NCBI GenBank assembly: GCA_028023455.1
Contig: JAQFVV010000003.1
Coordinates: 26,598,001-26,662,000, forward strand
From: Epiperipatus broadwayi
Lineage: Eukaryota > Animalia > Onychophora
DNA length: 64,000 bases
Direction of reading: 5' to 3'
In this document: in pieces, positions 25,901 to 40,770 of the stretch
How positions within the stretch are numbered: the stretch's first letter is position 1
Layout of the letters: each line of letters starts with the position of its first letter
Translations under genes and position numbers: made by a program
Notes under the pieces: generated by a model
The model's input: only the letters and a program-made list of their open reading frames with translations
The model's database searches: none
What the model was told of the DNA's origin: nothing

Positions 25901-28253
25901 ATTTAGATTTAAAAATAACTAATAAAATATAAAAATTATTTTTATTAATAAACAATATAAGTATGAAAATTTAAAATATCAGATTATAGATATAATAAAT
26001 TATAATATTTTATTATTGGAGGAATATACTATTGTTAATAGAAAACATTCATAAGTTTATGCATGAGAGATTTTCATTAGGTTTTCAAGCAACTACTTTT
26101 AATGAATTACTGACCTGCTTGTTAAAGTTGATCTAAACATTGTTTTAAAAAGAATAATAGAGACAAGCTAGGGTCCAAGCTCTTTTTGCTTCTTGCTATA
26201 GAGAATGGAGCTCAAAAGCAAAGCATTCCAAAGAATCATTCTGGATGTACATAATATTTTTAATAATTAGGTATCAGAGCCTGCCTGAGAAGGGGAGGGG
26301 AACAGTGCATTGTTTTCCCTGGATATGTGTGGTGGTGGTTCTTTTAAATATGATAAAAGTACTTAAATATTTTTAAAAATACCTTATTCGCAGATGTTAA
26401 TATTTTTATTTTAAGATTTTTTTTTTTAATTATTGTTTCAAAAAAAAATTTTTTTTAACATTTAATTTGTTTTATTTTCGAAAGTGTTTTGTCTCTGGCT
26501 TTATTTTCTAGTAATAAATGAATAAAATATATATAAAGGTATTTACCAAACATGTTAAATGATTAAAGCCATATTTTCAAGTTGTTCTTGTGAAAGCTAT
26601 GGGGGGGGGGCTATTAATTTATAAATTTTCTTTTATATAATTGGGGAAGGGGCACTAAAATTTACCTTACACAAAGACACTTCTTAGCCATATGGTGGCA
26701 CTGAATATATAAATACTTAAATATGTAGATGTAGGTAGGATTAATCAAAGATATTATTATCACTATAGTATAAGTGCATTATTTTTATCAAGAACTGCTT
26801 GTATTCTGCATAAAGTAGAATTATATAACATTTGAAGAGTGTTTAAAAGAATATTTTTGTGGAATAAAGCTTTGGATTTTCTGTAAATAATCATTGAAAA
26901 ATATTATCATCTGAGAATATATTTCACCATAACATAAATGTGATCAAATCAGTGCTGCAGCATATCATGATATAGTTTTCCAATCACAATAATTTCAAAG
27001 ATAAGATAATGTTATTGGTTTGTCATTACCAGATATAAATTCATTCATTGGGTAAAAAAGTGTAAATGATGGTTTATCTTTATTGTATAAGTTATTAGTA
27101 GTGTTACAATTATTACTATTATTAATAACAATATGATGATGATGTGATTAGTTACTAATATTTAAACAACCAAGTCATAGTTTAGCAAAATTGCTCACAG
27201 CATTAATGACTTTTTAAAATAACTGTTCAATCATAAATTTTCAGTTTGTGAAGTTCATATTAAATTGCTTTCTTATACATAGAATTAATCATAAGCATAA
27301 CATCCTTGCAGTGATTTGTTGAATTAGTTTTTGTGAGGATTTGACTGTAATAATTCTTTATAAATATATTAATTCTTTAATAATCTTTTATTCATTCTAG
27401 TAGGCTTTGCTACAGTGGTGGTGGTCTCCGATGCAAGTATTAATTAAACATTTTATTTCAACTACTTTTAAATTTTTATAGACTTGACTTTTATTTTCTA
27501 ATAGTGATGATATCTCTTATTATCACTTTGATATTCCATTAATTAATGGCAAAAAATATTATGTTAATATGTTATTTTATTTGTATGCTAGATAGTATCA
27601 ACATTTTAGTTTAATGTGTCAGGTATTCCTGATATTTCATTTAAAACTTGTATCATCAAAGCATATATTATTTTATGACTTTTGGTACATCTTGTGCACA
27701 AAACTTTTGTTAAATGTATCTTTTTCATTTCCATTTAAATTAAGGTATCTGAGTGAATGCCAAACTATAAACATTGTTGTAGTATTCTATAAGAATTAGA
27801 GCATTGATTTGTTAATCTTTATCATAATATTTGTTCTGATATACTATGGATTGTAAACCACCAGAATTTCTTTCAGATTGTATTTAAAATCTTATTTTTG
27901 TTCTCATATAATGCTTATAGAAACCAAAACTATCAATATTTGATACTACTTTTTTTTTATGATTTCATTTATTAATGAACTTGCTTTAGTAAATAATGAT
28001 CTAATTGGAAAGCAGAAAATAATTGATGGCAGTGATATCTGTACAAATAAATCCTATCTTAAAAAATGTTGATCTGAGGCAAAAATAATTTTTGAATTTC
28101 AGTATTAGAAAAAGGTAATATATTTTTTAAAAAATAATAATACTTATGTTTATTGAATACATTTTAGCTATTAAGTCATTTACAAAAGTTTCAGATAGGC
28201 ATTGCTTGTAATTGAGGCAGATAATTTTTGCAAGGGGGGGATCTAGTGATATG

Positions 28254-29052
28254 TATGAAAGATCTGATAATTAAGTTCATGAAATCATAATAGAAAAAGT
28301 GCTATATATATATATCACTGTTGGATATTCCCTTTGGGAATTTATGTAATTTTGGAACTCTTTACATAATGACTATCAGCTCTGGCATCATATTACCCCT
28401 TAGTATCCTGAATATCATCAAAATGTTTTTTTACATATTTCTTTTAATGTTTGAGTAAAGAAAAAAGTCATTGGACATTATATCAGGTAAGATAGAGAGA
28501 GTCTTTCATTTGTTTACTGGCTTAAAACTCTCTTACAGTCATTGTCATATAAGTTTGTGCTTTGTTATAATACAAGAATCTTGATAAGATCAATGTTTAC
28601 TTGGTCTGGTGTGCTTCACATAGTTAGATGACAATTTTGTCACACAATTTGACAATTTTTTGCATTGTTTTCATCAGTTCTGTTCTCCATAGGTTTGGAT
28701 CTCTCTTCATCAATAACACTTCTTTACTCTTAGAAAAATGTTTAATCTATTTGTACACTGTCATTTTCTTAATGTCCCCCCCCCCTCCATAAACTTGACC
28801 TAATATGTCCCTAATTTCACTTCCATTCTTGCTAAGTTTAACAAGAATTTTATTCATTGCTCTTATTCTCATCACAGCATACAAAAACATGCAACAACAA
28901 TAATGAATTCTACTCAGCAAGACATTATCACAAGTCAGCATTAGAATAGCTGTGACATACTGATATACCAATGTTATGAAATCTTATTATGTTATTTGTA
29001 TACTGTTGCAAATGTAAGCATAATGTGGCAAGTTTATTGTCAGGTCTTAGTA
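28254..29052 (-). mobile_element. Internally deleted, degenerate mariner element
   Basis: RAMNKILVKLSKNGSEIRDILGQVYG..KKMTVYK*IKHF...ESVIDEERS (mariner HTH) and PDIMSNDFFLYSNIK...KHFDDIQD (C-terminus). Degenerate TIRs tatgaaagatctgataattaagttc (28254) and caagtttattgtcaggtcttagta (to 29052). Confidence 0.85.
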
Positions 29053-30056
29053 TTTTTTTTTAATTTAAAGATGCTCTGCATCCTGGCAAATACTGAAAAG
29101 TCATTAGCCTGAGAAGTGTCATATCTTTTTTTTTTGAAAGAGAGAGCGAGAGTAATATAATTTTTAATATCATTAAAATGATTCCTCAAAAATGTATATA
29201 TGATAGTAGTAGAGATATCTATTTATAATTCTTATATTACTGAGATTTTCAGAAAAATTGTTGTTAGAAATCTACTTTTTAAGTAATTAATTGTTACATT
29301 CAAAATAGTTTATCAGAAAGTGAATTAAATATCTGGACAGGTAATATTTTAATAAGATTTAAAGAAATATTCACTAAAAATTAATACACATCCTTAGAAT
29401 GAAGTTGTATATCAGATAGAGCCTAAAGAATACAGAAATTCTGATTTTGCTAATTTTTGATGAAATATATTGTTCATCAAATTCATCTTTTTCTTTAACA
29501 TATAATGGACCATGTATTGGGAATATACACATGTTGAAAACCTTTTTCCAAATCCATTTAGTTTGATAAAGTTTTTTAATAAATTACTAGTGTTTGAGAT
29601 AAAATAAAATTTTTATTTACAAGCATTACAAATTGCTTTTATTATCCTGTGAAGATAAAATTTTGGAATGTTTACAGATATTTTTTGTTGTTGTAAATAT
29701 TGTTGTTGAAGTAATTGCATTTTTTCTAGCAGCAACTTTTCATCAAGTCTATTAATCTGTTCAGTTCTACTTTGCTGATTATAAAAATATGATTGTACAG
29801 ATTAAAAAAACTATTAACTTTTCTATTATTCAAAAACTTTTATTATCCAAACAAATTTCAAAGATAATCTTTAACCTTTTCACAATAAATCAATTAGTTT
29901 TTACTTATATTTAGGAATAAAAATTAGCATTCTTAAAATATGTATAAATTTATAAACTTAATTGCAGGGGACTGGAGTTTTTTTTCTCTATCCTATCAGT
30001 GTTTAGATTTACAATGAAAAAATAAAAGATCTACTTTTGAAATTTAAAATATTCAC

Positions 30057-30174
30057 CAATCTGAAAAAGCCATGGAATCAGGGACTTTACATTAATGTGG
30101 AGGTTTTCTGATAACTTTTTATCTTTAAACCACAGACTCAGTGCCTGTAGGAGTACTACACTTTTACTCCAGTG
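30057..30174 (-). CDS. Candidate internal exon (HWSKSVVLLQALSLWFKDKKLSENLHINVKSLIPWLFQI)
   Basis: Acceptor tattctgctttcag|, 118-nt open frame, donor G|GTGAAT, locally higher GC. No homology recognised. Confidence 0.3.
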
Positions 30175-31117
30175 CTGAAAGCAGAATAAAATCAGCATGT
30201 AAATACAGATAACTCATCTGACATGTGTAACCTAACATATAACGATATTCTCCACAGAAATGCAAAAAATAGATATCTTTACTGATCAATAATTGGATAG
30301 AAAGATGGAATGATTATGAGTTAGGAAACTGAATTAACTTCACTGTCTTTTTTCCATTTGTTATATGTTAGATTTACTTAAAATTTCTTTTTCCTTCATC
30401 TCTTTAATGCAAAACCATGTAAATTGTTTGTTTATAATAAATGATTTTTAAAAAAATAAATTTATACTAATCTTGTATAAGTGATTTTCAGTTGCCTTTT
30501 CTGCTTTCCTATTAGTTGATATTACAAAGAAAAGATTATTGATCAAAGTTCATATTGTTAATAATAAATGTGTTTCATTTAACTAATACTTTGTAAGGAG
30601 ATGTTTGTGATTTTTTTTTTTATATAATTTATTTATTAGTAGTATATGTTCAGACTGAAAATAATTTATTCTTCTGTGATCTTTAGTTTTTTATATATAA
30701 CCCAATTCATATTCATGTTGTTTAAATATTTCCAAGGGATTTTTAGAGAGCAAATTTCATGGAGAAAAAGATCTGCCATACGTCATCATTATTATTGTTT
30801 TTTCCTTCTTCAAAGATTAAACTTTTAATTATAAAAATTTTTTTTTTCCATTGGTCTATAATAATATATTGGGAAAAAAAATATTGACATATATAATAAA
30901 TGGAGCTTTGAAAGAGTAAAAAAACAAAACAAAAATCTAATAGTAATATCAAACATATGCTATTTAGTGTTGTTTATGAAATTCATTTTACAAACAATGG
31001 TCACAAGTATATGTAGAGGAGAACATTGATAAAAAAGCTGTTGTAAGTTTTAAAGTTCTGGGAATGGGATCCTAGGTTTGTATAATCTATCCTTCCATAT
31101 TTTTAACATTATACCAT

Positions 31118-34100
31118 CATCATCATCGTCAACCATTATCATTCCACTGCAGAATGAAGGTCTCTCCAAGTTCAATCCATCTTTTCCTATCTTTAGCTTC
31201 TCTTCTCCACATCACTTCTGCACACTTTCTTATTTCATCCATCCATCTCACGTGTGGTCTCTTTCTGGGTCTTTTACAATCTCTTGGAATCCCATTTAAA
31301 ATTTTAATTGTCCATCTATTATAATCTCTTCTAGCAATATGTCCAGTCCAACTTCATTTCAGTCTTTTAATTTTTTCAATGAGGTCAGTAACACCTGTTT
31401 GTTTTCTTATCCATACATTGCATTTTCGATCTCTTCTTGTTACTCCCAACATGCATCTCTCCATACTTCTTTGAGTGGTCTGAAGTCTCTGTATTGCTCT
31501 TCTATTAAGTGTCCAAGTCTCAGATCCATAAGTAAGAACTGGCAAAACACATTTATTAAAAACCTTCCTTTTCAAACACATAGGCATATTTCCTTTTAGT
31601 ATCAAGTTATTTCTACCAAAAGCACTCCAACCAAGTTTAATTCTATGATTAATTTCATCCATTATGTTTCCATCTGTATTAATAATCTGACCAAGGTATT
31701 TGTAACTGTTAACTTCTTTTAACTCATCATAATCAATCTTTATTTTCATATTTTGAGAAAATCTATTAAACATTACTTTAGTCTTTTTAACATTTATCTT
31801 TAGTCCTACTTTCCTACTTTCATCTGATAACTCCTGCAACATTTCCTGCAGCTCTGAAGTATTATTTGCAAAAAACAACTATATCATCTGCAAAATTTAA
31901 ATGACTTAAATAATCTCCATTTACTTTCACTTTTTTAACTTCCCATTTTAATGCACAAAATACTTCTTGCAGCACTGCTGTAAAAAGTTTTGGAGATATG
32001 GAGTCACTCTGCCTTACACCCTTTTCAATGTTGATTTTCCTACTGTCATTATGTAATCTAATTGTTGCTGTTGCATTTTTATAAATATTCTTTAAAATAT
32101 TACAATATCCTGGATCTACACCTTGATGATCCAATGCTTTAATCACTGAAGAAATATTTATAGAATCAAATGCCTTTTTATAATCTACAAATCCTATACA
32201 TAATGGCAACTCATGTTCATTTGTCCTTTCTATAACTTCTCTCAATACCTGGATATGATCTACTGTACTAAAACCAATTTTAAAACCAGCTTGTTTCCTT
32301 GGTTGGTGGAAATCCAGTGTTTTCTGTAGACAAGTTATAATTATCTTAGTAAAAAATTTGTATAGCACTGATAGGTCTGTAATTTCTAGTATCTTCTTTA
32401 TCACCTTTTTTAAATATTAATATTATTACTGCATTCTTCCAATCATCTGGTATATCTTTATCATTTAGACATTTGGTATATAACTCTGCTAAAAAAAATT
32501 CTATTTCTTCACCTGCTTCTTTTAATATATCAATTATAATTCCATCATTACCTGGAGCCTTCCCTTTCTTCATAAATTTAATTGCATGTCTCATTTCCTC
32601 ATTTAAAATTCTGGGCAATTCGGAAGATATAATAGGTATAGGAGGAACTTTTCTTTATTACAATATAATTCTTGATAGAAGTCTTCTACACATTTCATGA
32701 TGTCATCTCTCTTTTTAGTAATAATGCCATCTTTTTTCTTATTGCAGATATAAATTTTTTACCAATACCAAAATGTTGTTTTACACTCTTTAGAATTTTA
32801 TTCTCTTCTACAGCTTTCCTTGCTAGTTCACAATTATACTTTCTTATATCATTTTCAACTCTTTTCCACCATTTTACAAAATTCGAGATATTCAATCTTT
32901 TTTAATGCATCATTGTTGTATATCCTCATATTCCTTCTTTTCTTCATAAATTCTCTAGTCTCAGTAGAAATTTTATTGGTCAATCGCTGCTTTTTCTACC
33001 AGCTATCTCTGTTGTAGTTTTTAAAAGTCTATCAGTTATTTTCCTGTTAATGTCATTCAAATCTGAATCATGTTCAAAATCTACTAATACTTGAAACCAA
33101 TTTGTAAGTTCTAATTTAAATTCATTAGAATGTTTCTGAAGATTAGGAATATCAATCGTAAATATTGTTTTTCTTAATAATTTTTGTCTCTCTACTTTTA
33201 CATTAACATGTATCTTACATCTTACTAATCGATGATCACTTCCTGTGTTAAATTGATTAATAACATTACAGTCTTGAAATATGTATTTTCTATTAGTCAA
33301 AATATAATCCAATTCTGCTGTACCTTCATTTGGATGCTTCCATGTCCATTTTCTTTTAACATTTTTCTCAAAAAAAGAATTCATAATATAAAGTTTTCCC
33401 TTTTCTGCTAACTCCACAAGTCTATGTCCTCTCTCATTTCTATTACCATAACCAAAATTACCTACAGCATTTTCATCTTTCATTTGTTTACCAATTCTAG
33501 CATTAAAGTCTCCCATAACAATTTTAAAAGGTTGTTTACTCTGATCAAAAGCCTTTTGTACATCCATATAAAAATCTTCTACTACTTCATCACTATGAGA
33601 ACTTGTTGGGGCATAAACGTGAATTATCTGCATTTGGTATCTGCTATCTAGTTGTAAAACTAATCTTGCCACTCTGTCCGATACACCATCAATCTCCACA
33701 ATGTTATTCTTCCATTTTTTATTTATAATGAATCCTACTCCACTTGTATTTCCAATACTTGTGCCTTTATAATAGAATATATGTCCACTTTTTAAATCAG
33801 TTGTTTCTTCACCTTTTCTTCTAAATTCACAAAGTCCAATAATGTCCCATTTAATATAAGATAGTTCTTCTAACTCTTGCAATCTTTCTTCACTTGAAAG
33901 TGATCTGCAGTTGTAAGTATCTAAATAAAAAGTCATCATCAAATGGCAGCCTGAGTCCGCAATCAGGGGATTCTTAGCACCCTCCGTCTTCGGCCACCAA
34001 CCACTGCCTTGGTTGGTGACTTTACAGCCTCCTGGGACTAAGGGCCATGATTTATTTTTGTCTGTCATAATTATATATATTGGGAAAAATATTTTTAAAC

Positions 34101-34322
34101 TCGGAGGTAAAAAACCAATAAACTCACGCTGGCAAATGCGTGTTGGTGAGCAGCCCATTCATGTTCGTATACTATATGAATAATCACATAGTAATAACAG
34201 CTGCAATGACAAGAACGTATGGAGTGGACATTAGGAATTTGCCCTGCTTCATTCCTTTAAGGCCTCCAAGCGGAATCAAAGAGTATCCTTCCAGTTAATA
34301 GCAAACTCCTTTCTGCAGCCAA
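31118..34322 (-). mobile_element. Full-length but frameshifted RTE-clade LINE (APE endonuclease plus RT)
   Basis: APE motifs (TYNCRSL, WDIIGLCE, VMGDFNA, GSDHRLV) in ORF 32980-34158. RT motifs (NYRPIS, QAGF, FVDYKKAFDS, GVRQSDSISP, LNFADD). (GAT)n 3' tail at ~31116-31130. 10-bp TSD attataccat (31108-31117 / 34323-34332). Confidence 0.95.
34155..34320 (-). ncRNA. Predicted HDV-like ribozyme at the RTE 5' end (CpG-decayed)
   Basis: P1 GGCUGCA (34320-34314) / UGCAGCU (34205-34199) with G1.U wobble; P3/L3 ACG-UUCUUGU-CAU; 9-bp P4; J4/2 CGAAC; imperfect P2 CCACUCCAU/AUGAAUGG; J1/2 forms a 10-bp hairpin. Confidence 0.6.
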
Positions 34323-37300
34323 ATTATACCATATAATCAATTATTTTCAAGTCATTTCCCAAATCGACAAACTTTTTGATTTCCTATAGAACTAGATTGA
34401 GAATAAATCAATTGCGTCTTTATATTCTCCAAATTCAGCTGCTTGAAAAATCTTTCAAATGAGTTGATCTGCTAATGCCATGTCTGAGTATAAAATACAT
34501 TTTGATGTTTCTACAAATTGCCTGGACTGTAATACATCTTAAAGGAAATTCACTGATTATTGACTGAATGCCTGCAGAAAATACTTGAGTCAATTCAATT
34601 TGATCTAGATTTTAATAGATTCTAGATCTGCAAAGAATGTTTGTATTAGGAAAATATTTGAAATTGGAATTGACATCATGATTGAAATTTTCTAATTTAG
34701 TTTTAAATCTTTTGATTACATCAAGCATGGTAATAATTGTCTTGTTAATACCCTGAAATTTAACATTAATTTATATAAATATAGGCATAAATAAATAAAG
34801 AAAAACAACAGTAATTTGCAAAGCCAGTCTTCATTAATTCATTATATCTATCAGTGATTTTCTTATTATGTAAAAAAAAAAAAAAAAAAGGCTAACTTCA
34901 TCAAAAAAAAAACATTCCATGATATTTTGAAGAACTTTTCCATGTCTTAGCTATCTGTCATACATAACTAAACCATTGTACATTGAACTTATTTCATTTA
35001 ATAATTTTAAAAAAAAAATTCTTATAAAGCATGTAAAGATATATTTTATCACAAGATTTATATCTTCTAATAACTTAAAAGGAGCATTTGCACATAAAAT
35101 CTGCTGATTTTTGCATTAAAAACCAGAATTGAATGTCTATTGTTAAATTAATTGATAAAACCATTTTCTTTTCCTGTCATTTGTGAACACTGACATTACT
35201 TACTGATATAATTCTGGAAAGACCTGTTTCTCTTTCCACAGTTGCATTTACAACCACATTGGAAATATTTATTTTTGTTGTTGATAATGATGTTAGTAAT
35301 ATTAAAATGATCAATTTTTTATTATTTTCAGCACAGTAATGAATATGAATGACTAAGTAAACTGATCTAGTTACATCAGTATTAATGAATTACATGTTTA
35401 TTATTTCTACAATTCTATTTTTTAAATAGTTCTAGTCAAAGATATATATTTTATTTTTTAAGTAATTTTTTCTTCTTTTCAAAATCTTCAAAGAGAATTT
35501 ATATGTATTTTAACTATGCTTTTTGCACATACAATATTCCCCATCAATAAAAGTTCTATGTTTGACAATTATGTTTGAGACAAAAAACTAACAGCAGTTA
35601 TATTTTGAATGATTGCCAGTAAATTTTATTAGAGATGCTGACTGAATATTTCTATTTTTAATTGTTCAGCCCATAAAATACTTCTTTGTTTTTTTCAAGG
35701 ATTGATTTATAGTTTCTCAAAACGACATTTTACTGGTGACATTCTACATACAACTATCCTGGAATATAAAATGCATATTGCTTTATTGTCTTTGATAATC
35801 ATACTAAATTCTTCGGTTCATCAACTTTGGAATTCTCTGTTGCTTGATTTTGATCATTTTTTGTTTTGTTAAATATTAATTGTAACTAAATTACTTAAAA
35901 ATAAAATCAAATGAATTTTTTTATAATGTTAAAAAATCATTCTATTTCTTAGTTAAATATCTTTTGCAGCAAAATATGAGCGCTATGATTCTGACCATAA
36001 ACATTGAAAACATGTATGTGCAGCAAATTATGACAATAAAACTGCATTACCTTTTCTTGGTTAAATGTTCAAAACATTTAAATATATAATTAAATTATCT
36101 TTGTAATTCACACATATAGCTAAAACGCTAAAACTCCACAACACACTGCATATATAGTAACTTGTTTCTGCTGGCAGATGACCATGAGTATGGAATGCAT
36201 AATGAAAACATGGGCAATTAATGATAGGAATAGTGCAAAAATCTTAAGCCTGATTTTTCTACAATATGGTATCTGTCTTGAGGAAAAATTATATTTGTAG
36301 GTTAGTTTTTTTTTAGTGGAAAACAAATTTTTACATATACATACTTTAAACATTAAAAAAAAAAGTTGAATAATTTATGAGCTTATAAAATTTATATCAC
36401 CTGTAAATAATTCATAGGCCAGAACATTTTTTGTATATACCACTTCTGTCAAGAGTGCCATAAATTTACCATGTCAGATCTAGTTTTGTAAATGTTAATT
36501 CTATAAGCATTGTACGAATATATATATATAAATTATTTATTGGAAGAAAAAAAACATTTTCTTATTATAGATAGAACCATTAATTGAGTACTTATTATTC
36601 AAAAACTTAAAAAAAGACATTCTGTTAACAATTATAAATAAAGCCTAATTGAATGAACTTCCTGGGTTTTTTTTCTCTATCTTAGTATAGTTTGAGTTTA
36701 GGAATGAAAGAGTAAAAAAATCCTTAAACTCTGAAAAATTCATAAATCCCAAAAAGTTCTGACACCAGGATTTTTGGATAGCTAGTATTTTATTGTTCAT
36801 GTATTACTTGAAGAAGATTTTGAGCATAAGCATATTTGGATTTTTTTTAATATATACTATTATTATTTACATTAAACTACTTAATTGTTTATTTTTTGAA
36901 TGTAATTAGTATAATTGTTTGGGGTTTTTTTTTAATTTAAATATTGTTGATAATCTTTAAAATATATTTGAAGACTTCATATTATCGTTAAAGTGATCAC
37001 ATGTATTTTTGTAATATATTCTGTGAAAATGATTTTTTAAAGCTATTTAAGTGTTGATTTTTAATGAGATTTTAATAATGTTTGGAATATATTTATTTTG
37101 TGATTTTTTTTTTTTTTTTAAAAAAAGCTTACTTTCTTAAAATTTTCAACATAGTTTGGTTTATAGTTAAATAAGTGGAATCCTGCTTCTAGCAAAATAT
37201 ATATATATATTTAAAATTATGTAGCTATTTTCCTTTAAAGAAATTGGTTATAAGTCATTTGTATTTTATTATATATTCCAATAAATATACTTTTTAAAAC

Positions 37301-38269
37301 GAAATTTAAAAGTCATCAATTCTGACCAAATTTAATTTATTTTATTCAAATAGAAATTGGTGTTTTTCTAGGAAATAGAGAGTTAGTTAACTTTGTCAAG
37401 ATTTTTCATGGTCAGAAGTTAAACCTGACTTTTTTTCATTTCTTTATAAAGATAATAAAATGTATTGTAAAATGTAGCGTTTTAAAAGTTGAAAATAATT
37501 AGTGAGCAAAAAAAAAAACCACAGAGATTCCTCTGTAATTCAAGGTGGACTGTTGATATCTCATAAATTAAGATATTATTAGCCTTAACTTCAACTAAGC
37601 GATTCATTTATCTTGCATAGAAAAAGAGATTTTATAAAAGAACATTTTTTTTTGGAAAGAAAAAAGCTGAACTTTGGAATTATGCCATTAGCCTCTTTAA
37701 AAAAGTTTTTTGGTTTGGAGGAGAGGGAGAGATAAAATTGATTGGTAAAATGTTTTTGTCAAATAATTTAAATTACTATAATACATTTGAACATTTTTGT
37801 ATTGAATTAAAAAAGCTGCGAATAATTTAAAATCTTCTTTGGAATTAATTAATGTACACTGTAATTTCAAATTGAGGGATATACAGTATAAATGTTTAAT
37901 TCGTGGTCTGAAGATGGATAATGATTACGCAATATGTTCGAACCAATAATTTTACCATCATCATAGAAAGTTGCCATAGCTACACTTTCAATTTTTTTTT
38001 GTAATACCTCATTTTAAAAGCTACATCATATATTTTACTGAGATTTTATATCATTAACATGCATAAAAGCAATAAGTTTCTATACTTAAATTTGTCTTAG
38101 ACTCTAAAATAGCAAATGAAATTGCAAGAGGCAATAATAGTTAATTGTAAGTTTACATTATAATAATAATACTTTTTATTTATTATTAAGACAAATTATA
38201 GTGACACAGATGCTCTCACCTAGTTCTGCATGTCATTCTAATTATTTAATTTATATACTGAGTATGTAA

Positions 38270-38510
38270 TAAGGGAAGTCAGTTTGGACAAAGATAAATG
38301 TAGATTCTGAAATTGTGGAATAATCACCTACCACCTTACATATACTGGTGATGCCACTTTCATAGTCACAAATACAAAAGATTATAAAAATATTAGGAAA
38401 GTTAAGAAGTAGAGTGAAAAAGATTACAGAAGACAAAAATTATGATGATACTGTCAGCAGCTGAATATAAAGTTGATAATGAAAAATATTAGACTACTTT
38501 TCCCCATTGT
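38270..38510 (+). pseudogene. Possible relic of a hAT C-terminal dimerisation domain
   Basis: Fragments ILVMPLS, KLRSR and MMILSAAEYKVDNEK loosely follow the IL.IP.S....LRS....LM.LS.E pattern; heavily disrupted. Confidence 0.25.
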
Positions 38511-39579
38511 ATTAATCATCAATGAGATTTAGAAAGAAAAATTATTTGCTAGAAAATAACATTATACAAAATTGCACTGAAACAGTAATGATTTTTATAT
38601 GTAGGAGTACAATTCTTACAGCAAGACTTATTATTTTGTGCCAAGCTTGAACTGGATCCACAATATATATGTACACAAGTAACACACAATTATTAAGCAG
38701 AATAATTATGCTATAAACTTTAATAGCCAAGTATATTTTTGGTGTAATGTGCCAGATTCATAACAATTAAAATGAAAAAAAGGTATTTAATAATCAAAAT
38801 TCTAGACTATACTATTCAACATTGTTAGAATTAACAATGTATCAGACTTTCCTTATTTTTATTTTCTATCATTTGATTCACAGCATACAATGCTAATTTT
38901 CTGAGGATAACAATCATGTTTAGAACTTCTTTTGTGATAACAATAGAATTAAGTTAAGAATTAGATTTATAATTTTTTTATATTGAACAAATATGCTCTC
39001 TAAGATGCATAAACAAATTAGCTTTAGTTTCACCATAGTAAATTTTTTAATAATTAGATTTCACATATTTGTTAAAATAGATAATTTAATATTTATCAGC
39101 CTAATTTATTTTATTCATTGTAGTATTATTTATTAGTCTATTTAAAAACAGAGGAAATCTAAATCCAATATTAAATTTTTGGAAACATCCTTTTTCAATT
39201 TGGAAAATAATTTAGGAATCCATGGCAACAAAGTCTATTTCTTATTAATTTTAATCTTATTACACTTTAATTTGATGTTTTTATAAAATCATTTTAAATG
39301 TCTATATAAAAAAACCTTCATTATAATCTATAATTACTAAAATTTTAATATAATTCTCAGTACAATTATAAATCTGTAATTTATAAAATGTAAATCTATC
39401 TTTTAATAGACCATTGCAGTAAAGAGGCCTCTCCAATAGTCTCTAAGAAATAACAGTAAAGAAAAAGACAGTACTAAAACTGTTAGATGATAAATGTTTT
39501 AGGTTTTTTATTCATAACTTATGGGGAATATAGTTTATTTTCATTTGAATTTCATATATATATATTATTCATGGAATGA

Positions 39580-39901
39580 GATGGAAATGTCTCATTATAT
39601 TTATATAATTATAAAATATGCTTCAATTTAATTAACTTATTATAATATATTTTTGCATTGTTATTTTTATTGTCATGTTGTTATTATTTTAAAATCAATT
39701 TGTTGAATAAGCTATTCTACATATAAATAGCATATAAAAGATGGAAATATCTCAATATATATTAAGTATTTATATAATTATAAAATAAGCTTCAGTTTAA
39801 TTAAATTATTACAATATATGTTTGCATTGTTACTTTTATTGTCATGTTATTATTTTAAAATCAATTTATTGAATAAGCTATTCTATATATAAATAGCATA
39901 T
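39580..39901. repeat. ~160-bp tandem duplication (2 copies)
   Basis: agatggaaat...gaataagctattcta.atataaatagcatataa occurs twice head-to-tail. Confidence 0.9.
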
Positions 39902-40394
39902 AATTTTTATTTTTTGAATGATTTATTTATTCATTTTTCCTCAATTTTTCTTTTCTTTATTATTATTATTATTATCATCATCGAGTTGAAACTTTATTTC
40001 AATTAAAAAAATTAAAATACAGGTTTGGTCCAAAACATTTGCATTTGTATTAAAGTTGAATATGTTATATCGTGATTATAATAAAAAAAAATTACAATAG
40101 GATATACAAAGCCTTTTAAATAAAATTGACATATTTATATTGTTTGCTTAATTTGATTACTTTTGAGATATGTAATATTCTGATGAGGCTTTATTCTTTA
40201 TTAATAGATATGCAAAATATTTTAGTTTTTGTCCAGTGAATAGCAATAAAATTTTGCTTTGACTAATTCAAAGTTCATATAAATAATGTGTGTATGCTGC
40301 AGATTATGATATAGGCTGCATCATTGTGCAGTTTAATGAAGTAGTAGAGTGTCATACTCTGGATTTAAGATTCTTGGAGTGATTCTAATTATGG

Positions 40395-40770
40395 TCTTTC
40401 AGCACTTGAACTTGATATGAACTTTTGAGTAATAAAACCATTCAATTGTCACTTGTTATAGTGAAGGCTTTATATCTGTATATGCAAATATAAGCTATCA
40501 TTTAAAGGGGTAGCAAAAATGTATCTATTTAGGATTGACTTGGTAGCTATGCCATATGAATTTCCCAAAGTCATGTATTTGTCAGCACTTGAATTTCTTA
40601 TGCACTCTTGATTAATAAAGCCATTCAATTGCCACTTGTTATAGTGAAGATTTCATATCTGTATCTGCAGATATAAGTTATCACTTAGAGGGATTACAAA
40701 AATGTATCTATTTACCATTAAGGTTTGATAGATATGCCACATGAATTTCCCAATGTCATGTATTTATCCT
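40395..40770. repeat. ~184-bp tandem duplication (2 copies)
   Basis: tcagcacttgaa...ccattcaattg.cacttgttatagtgaag...tgaatttcccaa.gtcatgtattt repeated at ~40398 and ~40582. Confidence 0.9.

Noticed and set aside
26270-26703. GC-rich ends resembling a hAT-like MITE
   Set aside because: Termini match only weakly and no TSD is present.
40540-40595. Minus-strand ctgacaa...gaaa in the 184-bp repeat
   Set aside because: No helix II or helix I pairing.
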